From an uncultured cyanobacterium (GTDB taxonomy: Bacteria; Cyanobacteriota; Cyanobacteriia; Cyanobacteriales; Nostocaceae): a stretch of DNA of 64,000 nt. Shown piece after piece: positions 11,001 to 20,950 of the stretch. The position numbers were made by a program, and so were the translations under genes. Below the pieces are notes generated by a model that saw only the letters and a program-made list of their open reading frames with translations, made no database searches and was not told where the DNA came from. Within the stretch, counting starts at the first letter, position 1. Each line of letters opens with the position of its first letter. The stretch is taken from the NCBI GenBank assembly GCA_963740315.1, contig CAVUDP010000002.1:1472001-1536000 (forward strand). Direction: 5' to 3'.

Positions 11001-11992
11001 GTAGTGAATTCGACTTGGGTGTAAGCTTCTATCGGCTGGCTAATAATCTCGTCATTAAATAGTCTTGTATCTCTACCGCTTTCTAAAAGGATTTCTCCAT
11101 CAATTGCTCGCTCTCTCTGTCTTAGGGTAGATGCAGGCTTTTTGATTTTATGGACAGCCGCCCTGATGCGGACAGATTGAGGCTTTAGTCCTGACTGCAA
11201 AGTGGCGATAAACTCACCATTTACTACAAGTGCCTGGAATCCCGGCGCATCCTTGTCTTGGTCGGAACCAATAAATTTACCCGCACTGCTTGTTAGAGTT
11301 ACCAACACATCTCTGGGAATTACTTCCCCTTTCTCGTTGATAATCTGTCCTCGGATCTGAATCGTCGAACGTCCATCAGCCTGCACTACTGGATCGCCTA
11401 CAGGTGAAATCTGCAACTGTACCTTGCTGCGACTTCTTATTGAGGCAGGAGTTGAATCTTCTTGCAGGGGTACTGGTTCCCCTTGACTCTGCTGGTCTTG
11501 AGGAGCCGACTGCCTCTGCTGCTGCTCAAATAACGAGTCCCCTTGCTGGTCAAACAAAGAATCTGAATTTCCCCGAATCGGAGAAACGGGAGTGTCTCCA
11601 GCTTCTGCAAGTAAGTCTTGCTGCTGTGGATCTGGAGAAATGTTAGAGGACTTTGAGATTGCTTTTTTAAGGGCTTGACCTTTGTCCTCTTTTACTGTAT
11701 TTAGAGACAGCGAAACTCTATCCGTCTCAAAGTTAGAGGATGAATATTTATTCCGTTCTTGATCTTTTGCCTCTTTTACTGTACCGAGAGCCTGTTTTAA
11801 TCTAGAACCCGTTTCTAATTGAATCTTTTCATTTGATTGTGCAGCTACGGTATTAGAGCAAATCGTAAAAGCTCCTATTGCCATAACTATCGGCAAAATA
11901 CCCGCGCTACCCAACTTGAGTAAAGCGCATAAAACGGTATGAAAAAACTGTTTTTGGTTGCACAATTGCACGCGAGATTGTTTCTTAATCAT
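8099..11992 (-). CDS. Large outer-membrane beta-barrel protein with N-terminal Ig-like domain
   Basis: 1297 aa; signal peptide; ADGRSTIQIRGQ Ig-like segment; long C-terminal run of alternating amphipathic strands rich in Y/F/W/G; 4-bp ATGA overlap with the upstream gene. Confidence 0.75.
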   Translation of the reverse strand: MIKKQSRVQLCNQKQFFHTVLCALLKLGSAGILPIVMAIGAFTICSNTVAAQSNEKIQLETGSRLKQALGTVKEAKDQERNKYSSSNFETDRVSLSLNTVKEDKGQALKKAISKSSNISPDPQQQDLLAEAGDTPVSPIRGNSDSLFDQQGDSLFEQQQRQSAPQDQQSQGEPVPLQEDSTPASIRSRSKVQLQISPVGDPVVQADGRSTIQIRGQIINEKGEVIPRDVLVTLTSSAGKFIGSDQDKDAPGFQALVVNGEFIATLQSGLKPQSVRIRAAVHKIKKPASTLRQRERAIDGEILLESGRDTRLFNDEIISQPIEAYTQVEFTTYLRPSLVTGIINLRVGARGTNLWGSRREFLDPDASDGTEVDLTSQVFATGKVGEWLFTGAFNSERPINQDCEGRNRLFGGIQFCEQNYPVYGDSSTVTPTTPSTDSFYARFERSSKIPGADPDYAMWGDYRTEEFSRPSQLYGATSRQLHGFKGNYSFGPLQITGLYANNVEGFQRDTFTPQGISGNYFLSQRLLVPGSESVYLEAEEINRPGTVVKRQQLYRGRDYEIDYDRGTIRLLSPILATELNPFGTTLQRQVVVTYQPEFGEESDIYGGRAQFNISQDLDTKSFIAGTYLREDQGDRDFELYGADFLFSFGRAGKILGEYARSESSIVDGTNRSGNAYRIEAIGNLNERLGLNAYYRSVEENFNNNATFSFAPGQTRYGGGLLGKLTDTTTLGVSYDVEENFGRASTGLVNFFDLFDPQPQPAFGQPLDNELKTFRAGILQKFGFADASVEYVNRSREDRINNELNGDAEQIVSKLKVPLTQSLSFQAQNEVNIDGSDPLYPNRTTLGLDWQAFEGVTFRLAHQWYDDTSLLEGNSLTTLDTLVDYSLARDTTFNGRYSVLSGFNGLQGQGALGVNHGMPIAPGLRMSLGYQYVFKNIFNSTARGERFGLPYAVGQNAASLGLFAGSVYSFGLEYTDNPDFKASGRFELRDGEEGNSTYISVGAAGKISPALTALARYQQAGEANVFLPSTVNNLAETQGVRFEELGDTANLKIGLAYRDPTNDKFNGLLKYEWRQNFDSIPQNQEFTGSSTATGHVFSAEGIYAPSWRWEFYGKYALRNGVTYFDRERYDGTVNLAQARATYKLGYRTDLAVEGRWIGQSSNNNADFDEFGIALEGGYYFTPDLRLGVGYAFGSVDDRDFTGYRSEGGLYLNVSLKLNELFGGFGLQKPVPKQEQESEVSPLVRNGSQQQSQKPQTKLTERLKKNQSEKLVNRLRREQGTEESRIPNTKSQTKLINNLK

Positions 11993-12951
11993 TGCTTACC
12001 CTCCGAAAATGCAGGCGTAACGGCAAAATTCACCCGCACCATACTTCCAGGCGATAGTTTCACCAAGCGTGACGGGCTATTTGTCTCAATAAAGTATTTA
12101 TTCGGAGCCAGGGAGTAGCCTGGTAAACTAGTCAAATCCAGTGCTGCCGAACGATAACCGGAAATAACATTTGCCAAAGAATACAAACCATTAGCATCGG
12201 TAACAATGCGGTTCCCATCATCCATATAAACTACCGCATTCGGTACTCCAGGTTCGTTTGGCTGCTGTTCGCCATCAAAGTTTTTATCAACAAAAACCCG
12301 TCCGATCAAAGTACCGCAGTCGGACAAAATTCCTTGTCGAATCCGCAATCTGTGGCTGGATTGATTGCTTGGCAAACCAGTCTCAGTTATTGCTTGGGCT
12401 AAGTTTATTCCGCTGCCACGGATGGCATCTGGAGTTACTTCAGCAGCATAAGTGACAACTAAGGTTTCTCCTTGTTGCAAATCAATAGTCGAGTTTACGG
12501 TTATATTCGTTCCTCGATTGGAAGCGTTGATAACTGGCTCGCTTAATTCTTCAGTTCGATCGCTACCGCCAAGATTTGCTTTTACTGACTCAGAAACAAG
12601 TCGCAATCCTAAAGGTAATCGATCGGTAATGCGTAAATTTGTAGCCTCTGACTCACCGTTATTTTTAATCTGCAACCGATAAATTACCGTATCTCCAGGT
12701 TCGGCAGCAGCGCGATCGCCAGTTTTGGTTAATCGTAAAGCTGCTTGAGTTGCGTTGAGGGTTACTGTATTAGATTCAACACCTGGTTGCTCGGATTCTT
12801 CATTACCAGGCAAGTTGTCAGCACCGCCAGTTGCAGTGTTGTTTATAACTGTTTGGGCAACAGTCGGTATAATTCCGTAAGCAATAACACTTAAGGAACT
12901 AATTGTTAAAAAAAGGCTTTTACGCCTCAGCCAAGAGATTAAAGATGTCAT
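11989..12951 (-). CDS. DUF11 domain protein with C-terminal SdrD-B-like domain
   Basis: LTKTGDRAAAEPGDTVIYRLQIKN..ITDRLPLG DUF11 motif; GRVFVDKNFDGEQQPNEPGVPNA SdrD-B-like motif; signal peptide. Confidence 0.85.
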   Translation of the reverse strand: MTSLISWLRRKSLFLTISSLSVIAYGIIPTVAQTVINNTATGGADNLPGNEESEQPGVESNTVTLNATQAALRLTKTGDRAAAEPGDTVIYRLQIKNNGESEATNLRITDRLPLGLRLVSESVKANLGGSDRTEELSEPVINASNRGTNITVNSTIDLQQGETLVVTYAAEVTPDAIRGSGINLAQAITETGLPSNQSSHRLRIRQGILSDCGTLIGRVFVDKNFDGEQQPNEPGVPNAVVYMDDGNRIVTDANGLYSLANVISGYRSAALDLTSLPGYSLAPNKYFIETNSPSRLVKLSPGSMVRVNFAVTPAFSEGKQ

Positions 12952-14818
12952 TACAAGGCATCAATGCAATAAATAGCAAAAGTTTTCTATCTGTTTAGGT
13001 TTTAGTTAAAAAACCATTATTTCTAATCCCAAATTCTTAACTAGTAGTCAAGAATCAGATTGTTAAAGTTGACTAAGTTATACGTAGTATCGAGTCAAAT
13101 TTGTTTTTAATTTCTCCTGCCATGCAAAATGTATATTTTTTTGCAATCAGAGCATATTATTAACTGCTTGTCAAGATTCAAACCAGGTGAAGATAGTTGT
13201 AAATTCCGATATTTAATGTTCTCAAATCGCGGGAATTTTGGGATTTCGATATTAAACTTTTTTATCCCGATTCCAAGCTTCAATCAAGAATAGTAGAACA
13301 AGTAGTCCCATGCGAACGATGCATGGAAACACATTTTTTACTACCTTCAGTTTGATTTATTTACGTAGATGCACGCTTTAAGACGAGAACAAGTCTTAAT
13401 TATGTTGAGATGGGAATTTACCTATCAAAGCATATAATTGCCGATAGGATAACGTGACTATCTGGTTTAAATGCGATCGCAGTTGCTTGTGACTCCCGGA
13501 TACAACGTATAACTTCGTTTATTAATCGTATTTCGTCTAATTTTACGGTGATTGAAATGACAAAAATTTTGTATTAAGACGGTAAAAACTACCTACCGCC
13601 GAAGAAATAAAAATACGCCGTTTACGCTTGAGTTGTAAATAAAAGATATCCATGATTGTCTCCATAACCTTCACACCACGATCGTAAAATTGCTAATGGG
13701 TAGAGTATCCCACGTATGGGTTCTTTTTAATTCAGTAATTGCGTGCAAAAAATAATTAAACGTTTTGACGTTAATTATTTCTTACCGTGTTATCAAATTT
13801 TTAAACACAGAACGAAATATATACTTAGACAACTGAACCCAATCCGAAGCCTTATGTTTCAAAGAACCCTTGTTTATTCAATAGCTATATTCTTGGTTAT
13901 AACGAATCAGTATTTTAGAAGTGCCCCGTAAAATATATATTTCCAATTTACAATCTAGGCAACTACCTAATACCTTACTTTGCCAAATCTTTATCTAATA
14001 GTCACACTTAAGTAACATTACTCAGAAATTTTAGTTAACGAATCAGGGAGGCAATGTTTTTTAATGCATCAAAAAAAACAAATTTATTCTCAGTAGTTTT
14101 GCTCTAAGTAAAAATACTTTTTAAAAATATATTTTGTATAATTTAATGGAAAATTTTGCTCTGTAATGGCGAACAATAAAACTATTGCAGCTATACCGAT
14201 ATCATCATTTTAAGAAAATCAATTAGCTCGTTTAAAAACTTAAAATCTCAAGCAAAACGAGTAATTAGCGATTAATTAGTAGTTAAACTCTAATTAAACT
14301 TTAATTAACTACGAATAACTGCCCCAAAGAGCAATTTACCTGTTATCTCCGAAAAAATAAGCAGCCAGACAATTGTATTATTAATTACATAGATACCTGT
14401 CTTAGTACTACTTTAATTATATAAAAATGCTTTTGATGTATGTCATTTTTTATATATTGCTCCAGTAATAATACTGCTTTAATGTGTAAAATATGAAAAT
14501 AGACACTTAATGAAGTGTCTACTATATTTAAATATTTCTGTATATTCTTTGCTTCTTTTTATCTGTTATTACTGAAGACAATATCAAAAATAGGGGGTAA
14601 ATCCAGCAATAATTTTTATTTATCAAGGGTTTGAGGAACCAAAAAAATAAGGAAAGATAAGCTCTAGCTCAACTTCCCTTAATAAATAATCCTAAATAAT
14701 AATTATTTTTAATTTTTGTAACAGAAAGCGAAATTGAACGCTAATAATTACTAATAGTCGGTTTAGTTCTCAAAAAATAGCCTGCGCTGTCATCCAACAG
14801 ATGCAGCGCTGTTGGAAT

Positions 14819-15469
14819 TTAATAAGTATCGTCGTATTCGGGAGCTTCCATACGTCTTTCCGCACGAGGAGGTAAAAACTCAGCGCGACGTACTGGAGGG
14901 GATATTGTGTTATGACCAGAACCATTGTAAGGATGAATTACCTGTACCGTTCGAGTCGGACGCTGCTTTTGAGAAAATAAAGCGGAAACTCCAGCGACTA
15001 CGATACCACCGCCAACTGTAAGCGCCATACCTCCTACAGCCCAAAGTATACCGTTCGACCACCAAGGCTCTGGGGATTGCTGTAATGCAGCTTGTTGCGC
15101 CGAATTTTGATTTTGCTGAGCGCTTAATTGTGATTGGTAGAAAGTTTGTATTTGAGACTGAAACTGCTGATTTTGATTCTTCAACTGGTCATTTTGCTGT
15201 TGAAGGGTATCAAGTTGGTTTTTTTGGCGTTCCAACTGTGTTCGTAACTCCGTCGTATCCACACCTGGGGGAATTTGATTGGGATAAACTGGTATGCCGG
15301 GATAAGTGCCTGGTTGAGCCATCATAGGTGGTGCAAGTACAGGTGCTTGTACTTGCGGGGTAGGGTTGAAATTCGGTTGTACGAGATTATTCGCAGATCC
15401 CTTCAACAATAAAAGAGCCGCTAGCCCAGCTACCGCAACTCCGCCAATAAACGCCATACTTTCACTCAT
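14819..15469 (-). CDS. patN: Heterocyst patterning membrane protein, PatN-like
   Basis: N-terminal hydrophobic segment MSESMAFIGGVAVAGLAALLLLKG, Gln-rich coiled coil, C-terminal TM helix; lies downstream of ndhL-DUF3007 as I recall for Nostoc/Anabaena. Confidence 0.7.
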   Translation of the reverse strand: MSESMAFIGGVAVAGLAALLLLKGSANNLVQPNFNPTPQVQAPVLAPPMMAQPGTYPGIPVYPNQIPPGVDTTELRTQLERQKNQLDTLQQQNDQLKNQNQQFQSQIQTFYQSQLSAQQNQNSAQQAALQQSPEPWWSNGILWAVGGMALTVGGGIVVAGVSALFSQKQRPTRTVQVIHPYNGSGHNTISPPVRRAEFLPPRAERRMEAPEYDDTY

Positions 15470-16087
15470 AGCCTTTGCCCCTATAGCGCGACAAAATTAA
15501 AATCATCGATATCTTACACTCTCTCACACTCATCATTTATACCTTACTCAACTTCATATAGTAACGAAAACATAAAATTACGTACCAGCAATTTTTTTTA
15601 CTGCTGGCAATATCCTTATATATTCAAGATCATATCGGTGAAATTGTCTACTACAAGCGGCTGAATTAAACATTGTTCTTATAAAGAAGTTTACATAGTT
15701 TTTTATTGTTATCAACATTAATAATCAAGCATATTTACACCACATTATCCGCTAAAATCATTTGTCTTACTCACTTTAAGTTTTACCTGTATGCTTTCAC
15801 GTGTATGCAATCAATGCTTTCGACACCGGGAATAAAGCATCCAGCCGCATTATTACAAAAATATTTGTATTGTGGCAATAATCTGCAAATAATCAGTAAA
15901 AAAGCCGTAATAATACTTATAGGTAAAAATAACGGCGACATATTTATATTAAGTCAATTACTTGATATGTAAGTCTTAAAAGTCATCAAATCATTAAATC
16001 AGCTTATATATAGCAGTAGATATTCTTATGAATGCGGCTGGCAGATAGCAGCAAATTAAACGGCAGCCAATTTTAAGTAAAAATAAC

Positions 16088-16171
16088 ACCGTTCGGTTAA
16101 AAATAAATTCTTCCCTGCTTCCCCTAATGGTAGAAGGAAGGCGAAGGCAACAAATTTATTAACCGAACAGT
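16088..16171. repeat. Short element with terminal inverted repeats (MITE/REP-like)
   Basis: accgttcggttaa ... ttaaccgaacagt. Confidence 0.55.
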
Positions 16172-16227
16172 AGTTGAGGCGGAATCGCTGTTAGCCAAAA
16201 TCCATTGACATAACGCCGTTTCAAATC

Positions 16228-16527
16228 CTAAGTATTTTCTTCCACATCAGCGAAAAGTTTGTCCCTTTCTTCGGGAGAAAGTTGGTCTAACTGATTTTGC
16301 AAAAAGGCTTTTTCGTATTCTTCTCGCTGTTGATGATAGGTCATTTTGCTTCCAACTGCGCGTCCAATATAACTAAGCAACCAGCCAATTAAACCTCCAA
16401 CCAATAAAAATTGGCTCCAGATACCAGCGCTAAAGTTATTTAAGCCTGCGAATTGAAGAACTACATACGCCAAACCACCTAAAACAAAAACGGCAAATAC
16501 AATTCCAATAGCGTCAATACGTCGCAT
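16228..16527 (-). CDS. DUF3007 family membrane protein
   Basis: MRRIDAIGI..AGIWSQ..MTYHQQREEYE; immediately downstream of ndhL. Confidence 0.85.
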   Translation of the reverse strand: MRRIDAIGIVFAVFVLGGLAYVVLQFAGLNNFSAGIWSQFLLVGGLIGWLLSYIGRAVGSKMTYHQQREEYEKAFLQNQLDQLSPEERDKLFADVEENT

Positions 16528-16556
16528 TTCTAAATATGACCTGCCGATACAACAAC

Positions 16557-16817
16557 TTAAACTTCAATTTGTCGTCTGCGGGGACGAAAATTCACAAACG
16601 GCGATAGCAGTAACAAGCCCGGAAAGAACAAGAACACGAGAAAATACATGAAACCCCGTTCAAAGGAACTAACTGTGTACCAACGAAGCTTCATGTAAGT
16701 TAAGACAAGTACTGGAATTACTAACAAGTAAGAACCAGCCAAGGCTAAGTACACCAAAGGTACGATCGTAGCCTCCGGCTGTAAATTCTGTAAATAATTA
16801 AGTAGATCCTGTTGCAT
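16557..16817 (-). CDS. ndhL: NAD(P)H-quinone oxidoreductase subunit L
   Basis: [44 protein letters not shown]. Confidence 0.95.
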   Translation of the reverse strand: MQQDLLNYLQNLQPEATIVPLVYLALAGSYLLVIPVLVLTYMKLRWYTVSSFERGFMYFLVFLFFPGLLLLSPFVNFRPRRRQIEV

Positions 16818-17024
16818 TTAAATAAGTGAGTAGTATGGACGGCATCTATTTTCCATAATAAGCTGAAGCCAAAGAAGGCGATCGCTATAGCTTGCCGAAA
16901 GTCAGTTAAAAGGGAATTAAAATTTTTTTTGAGAAAATGTTGGACAAAATACGTAATTGATGGTCAAATAGATGAGGAGATATTTGCTGCTTCAGCCAAT
17001 ATCGACGATTCCCCGGTAAAAAAC

Positions 17025-17387
17025 GGGGGTGTGGCGGAATGGTAGACGCTACGGACTTAAAAAGTTGAGCCTTGTTGAAGAAATTCTTCAAGTGGATGCT
17101 CTCAAACTCAGGGAAACCTAAATCTTACTAAAGACACGGCAATCCTGAGCCAAGCCGAAATAAGTTTGATATTTAATTAAACATTTCGGAAGGTGCAGAG
17201 ACTCGACGGGAGCGACCCTAACGTAATTACAGATGATTATAAAATTGTTTGTTAAGTCGAGGGTAAAGGGAGAGTCCAATTTTCAAAACCTTGATTTGTA
17301 AAATTTCGAGGCAGTAGTGAAAACTGCGGGAAAATGAAAATCCGTTGACCGTAAAAGGTCGTGAGGGTTCAAGTCCCTCCACCCCCA
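17025..17387 (+). tRNA. trnL: tRNA-Leu(UAA), exons 17025..17058 and 17337..17387
   Basis: GGGGGTGTGGCGGAATGGTAGACGCTACGGACTT | AAAATCCGTTG..GAGGGTTCAAGTCCCTCCACCCCCA; acceptor stem GGGGGTG/CACCCCC. Confidence 0.97.
17059..17336 (+). ncRNA. Self-splicing group I intron in the tRNA-Leu(UAA) anticodon (278 nt)
   Basis: Conserved elements AACTCAGGGAAACC, AATCCTGAGC, GTGCAGAGACTCGACGG, GAGAGTCC; terminal G; inserted after U34. Confidence 0.95.
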
Positions 17388-17522
17388 CTAAAAATCAATA
17401 GTTAGAAATTGTCCCAGATGTAATTACGTCTGGGACAAAATTTTTATTTATAAGCGAATGAGAAAATGTCCCAAAAATTGTCGCTACTTACTGATTAGTA
17501 CTTCATGAGATTAATTTTGACA

Positions 17523-17581
17523 GGTTCGTAGTAAGCGCTTCAGCACCTCCGGATTTAGAGCTAAAGCCCTTACTACGAACC
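17523..17581. repeat. GTAG-type REP-like palindrome, family A (also ~31807-31865, 33499-33556, 48688-48744; half copies ~32002, ~47258, ~47570, ~47760)
   Basis: ggttcgtagtaag...cttactacgaacc with internal short hairpins. Confidence 0.8.
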
Positions 17582-17615
17582 TAATACTCCTTTTCATTAA
17601 TTTTGACAGGTTTGG

Positions 17616-17755
17616 GTAGTGCGAGCGTCTCGCTCGCTGGTTGCTTTAAGCTCGCTGGTTACTTTAAACTCGCTGGTTGCTTTAAGCTCGCTGGTTGCTT
17701 TAAGCTCGCTGGTTACTTTAAGCTCGCTGGTTGTAACGAGTGAGACGCTCGCACT
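17616..17755. repeat. REP-like inverted repeat enclosing an 18-bp tandem repeat (5 full copies + 1 partial)
   Basis: gtagtgcgagcgtctcgctcg ... cgagtgagacgctcgcact; unit ctcgctggtt(g/a)ctttaa(g/a). Confidence 0.9.
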
Positions 17756-17998
17756 CTCAATTGCCATTCACGCGGAGCTAGAAATACGTATCCCTATTAC
17801 CAATTCCCTACAATAAAACTTATATTTTCCTGATTTTAGCGATCGCAAAAGAATTATCTAATTATGGATACGGTCGAATCCAGTATAATTTTTTAATTTT
17901 TAGAACGGTAATTACACAAGTAGGTGCAATATTTTTATCCTAACATCATAAATTTATCAAATTTATGTAAAAAAAATACTTAAGTTTTCAACAATTGA

Positions 17999-19387
17999 TT
18001 GATGCTCCTGATTGTGAAGGATAAGCTAGTAACGATAGCTATCAGGAGACTCTTGGGTCTTGAGAACCATAACATGATTGTTGAGAGCTTACCGAGTATA
18101 CAGGGTAAAAAGCATCTTCTTGATTTGAATCATAGAGGATTAGATGTGCAGGTTGCACAAGAGACAGTTTATAACTTTTTTTTAGAAATTGTTCAAAACT
18201 GCGAACCAGAAGATGTTCTACAAGAATTTAAAAATTTATTTATAAATTGTTTAGATTCAGGTTCTGAGTTAGGAATATACCAAATTTTTGTCGGTAGTAA
18301 CGAACCGGAGTTTCGCAATACTCTTAAACGGACTTGTTACATACTGATCAATAATTGGGAAAATCGTCGTCAGTATCAATATATTCAAAAATTAATTGAT
18401 TTATTTGCAGAATATACGCCGAAAACGACGATAGCTAGCTCTAGAAAAATTAATATTTTTAGAGCTTGGTTAACAGACTTTATTAAAAGTAAAGATTGCC
18501 AAGAACTAAAGTTATTTGCGATTAGACATGAAGAAAAAAGCAAGCTGCATTGGACAAAACGCTATAGTTCTTATTTATTATTAGCTCAGTCCACAGATAA
18601 AAATAATCCCAAAGAACAACAACAAGCAGCAAAACGTCTTTCAAAACAATTAAAAGATAAGTTTAAGTTTGAATTAGCAATGTATATTGCTCGTTCTCAA
18701 TCTTCTGCTTCTCATATTAATCGTTACCAAAATCCTAGTATGTTAGGAGATGAGGTTTTACGTTTAATTAAAGTAATTGTTGTTAGAAAAGGTGCATTCA
18801 GCCATGAAAATATTGCCAATATTTTTATTAAACAAACTAGAAATCAAACTTTAAAAGAGTTCAAAAACAGTTTATTAAAATATTTAGTATATTCGGTAAG
18901 CCAACAAGAATTTATCGAAATTTTGGAAAAACAGTTATCTGAAAAGCTTTTTGCGTGGAAAACAGACTATAACGAAGCCACAATTGATAAAAATTTGCTG
19001 TTAAGAAGTTGTAATAAAGTAATTGACTCTTTGACTTCAGAGAATGGCAAGGAGCCTTCACAGTTATTTATTTTACTACTTTCTCAAGGTAATCCAATAA
19101 CGTTAGTAATTGCATTATTGAAAATAGTTTTAATTAGCAAACACTCGCGCCGTCATTTAGAAATGCGTATTGCAAATCTAATTAATTATTATGAAACTTA
19201 TCCTGAAGAAGAGTGTAAATGGGTAATTAATTTCATAGAGATATTTAACATCACTTTTGCAATTTATGCAGAGAATGTTGAATATAATTTAATCAAAATG
19301 CAAGAAAATTCAACTGACGGTGAATCGCAAATAAATTTAGATACTTATCGAGTATTCTCTCAATTAAAATTACGTAGAAAAGAATAA
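17999..19387 (+). CDS. Conserved cyanobacterial hypothetical protein (true start may be downstream)
   Basis: 462-aa helical ORF; no motif I can assign. Confidence 0.7.
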   Translation: MMLLIVKDKLVTIAIRRLLGLENHNMIVESLPSIQGKKHLLDLNHRGLDVQVAQETVYNFFLEIVQNCEPEDVLQEFKNLFINCLDSGSELGIYQIFVGSNEPEFRNTLKRTCYILINNWENRRQYQYIQKLIDLFAEYTPKTTIASSRKINIFRAWLTDFIKSKDCQELKLFAIRHEEKSKLHWTKRYSSYLLLAQSTDKNNPKEQQQAAKRLSKQLKDKFKFELAMYIARSQSSASHINRYQNPSMLGDEVLRLIKVIVVRKGAFSHENIANIFIKQTRNQTLKEFKNSLLKYLVYSVSQQEFIEILEKQLSEKLFAWKTDYNEATIDKNLLLRSCNKVIDSLTSENGKEPSQLFILLLSQGNPITLVIALLKIVLISKHSRRHLEMRIANLINYYETYPEEECKWVINFIEIFNITFAIYAENVEYNLIKMQENSTDGESQINLDTYRVFSQLKLRRKE

Positions 19388-19425
19388 TTAATTGCACCCT
19401 TTTATGTAAAGCAAATAGGTAATAA

Positions 19426-20379
19426 TTAGATAAGACGTTCATCCAGCCAAGCAAAACCAGCAGCAGCTGTTTCAGCGATAATACTAACTAAACGATACAA
19501 ACCACTAGCACTAATTATCAGTGCTGTAGGGAAAAACGGCTGTAAAAGGGCTATTGCTGTTGCTTCAAATACTCCTAAACCACCAGGCGCACCAGGAATA
19601 ACTAACCCCAGCAACCAAGAGAAACTAAATGCTCCTATTATTACAGGAAGTTGACTAAAATTAATTGGGGCTATTGCATATAAAGTAAGAATAAAACCCA
19701 ACGAACGAAGTAATAAAAATCCCAATTCTCCAAGTAAAGGTATTAATGGATAGCGATTCATACTTAAAGAAACGCCATTAAAATTACCATTTCTCGATTT
19801 TTTATTTTTTCGAGTACCAACAAAATTAATTACTGGATTAAGAAATAAAGGATGAAGCACGCAAAGCACCGCTGCCAAACCAAATATTTGTCCTATTAAT
19901 AAAAAAACTGAACCCGATTCTAAGGTAAACTGGCTGCATAAAATCACAATAACTAAAGCTGCCGCTGCCATCAATAAAGGTTCAAGTAGTACGCTTATAG
20001 TAGCAGCGCCAGTACTAACATTTAAATTTTTTGCTGCCATAATTCGTCCAATGTAATGTCCTACATTCCCTGGCAAATACTTAGCAATATTTGTCTTAAG
20101 ATAAGCTTGAATCAGTTGTATAAAACTTGTTGATTGATTAAACTCTTTAACAATCCAAGTCCATACCCACCCAGCCCAAATATGCGCTAACAAAGTTATT
20201 CCAGTCGCAGTTATTAAAATTGCCCATTCAGCCGCACCAATACGAATAGCTGCAATTTCTTGCCAATTATTTTTTAAAGCGTTTGCTAAAAAAAACAGCG
20301 TTCCACCTAAAAGTAGCCAGCGTAAAACTTGCTTAATCATTTCTGTAATTTTACGAATATTATTTTGACAGGCAAACAC
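19426..20379 (-). CDS. Lysylphosphatidylglycerol synthase TM-region / UPF0104 membrane protein
   Basis: AKYLPGNVGH and PGAPGGLGVFE motifs; multiple TM helices. Confidence 0.85.
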   Translation of the reverse strand: MFACQNNIRKITEMIKQVLRWLLLGGTLFFLANALKNNWQEIAAIRIGAAEWAILITATGITLLAHIWAGWVWTWIVKEFNQSTSFIQLIQAYLKTNIAKYLPGNVGHYIGRIMAAKNLNVSTGAATISVLLEPLLMAAAALVIVILCSQFTLESGSVFLLIGQIFGLAAVLCVLHPLFLNPVINFVGTRKNKKSRNGNFNGVSLSMNRYPLIPLLGELGFLLLRSLGFILTLYAIAPINFSQLPVIIGAFSFSWLLGLVIPGAPGGLGVFEATAIALLQPFFPTALIISASGLYRLVSIIAETAAAGFAWLDERLI

Positions 20380-20950
20380 AACAAATAATATGTTAGTTCG
20401 GGCACATTACCAAGCTTCCCTAGTAACTTTATCCAAAACTTTTTAATTTTATTTTCCCTTATCAATAATTTACTTAAAAATGTTTCTTTTTTAAATAATC
20501 AAGTCGGCATTCAATTAATATTATTAAAAAAAATAGTGATTTATGTTACTTACTTTTTAGTTATGCCGATAAAAAGTTGAGCTTTAAAAATATGTAAATA
20601 ATTTTGCTTGGCTGTTAATTAAAATTAATATTTCAACTTATATCTTATAATTCACTCTTTAGATGGATTCCAAATAATATCATTTCATAACTATATATTT
20701 ATATCCTATTGCGATTAATATTTAAAACTCATATTAGATTATTTGGACTTATATCTCTCCAAAGAAAGAGAAGCAGATTGTTAAATTAGTCAAAAGATTC
20801 AGACTTTTGCTAGAGGAATTGTGAGTTTTTTTTCATGTAATGTTGACAATTGATAATCAAATTTTGCATCAACTCAAAAACGGTAACGCTTATTTACTCA
20901 AATTGTGATGTAAATCAAAAGTTACCCAGTCTAAATTTGTAAGGAGGACT

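Noticed and set aside
17616..17755. Possible CRISPR array / 65-aa ORF 17619..17816
   Set aside because: 18-bp units abut with no unique spacers and there are no cas genes; the ORF just translates the repeat
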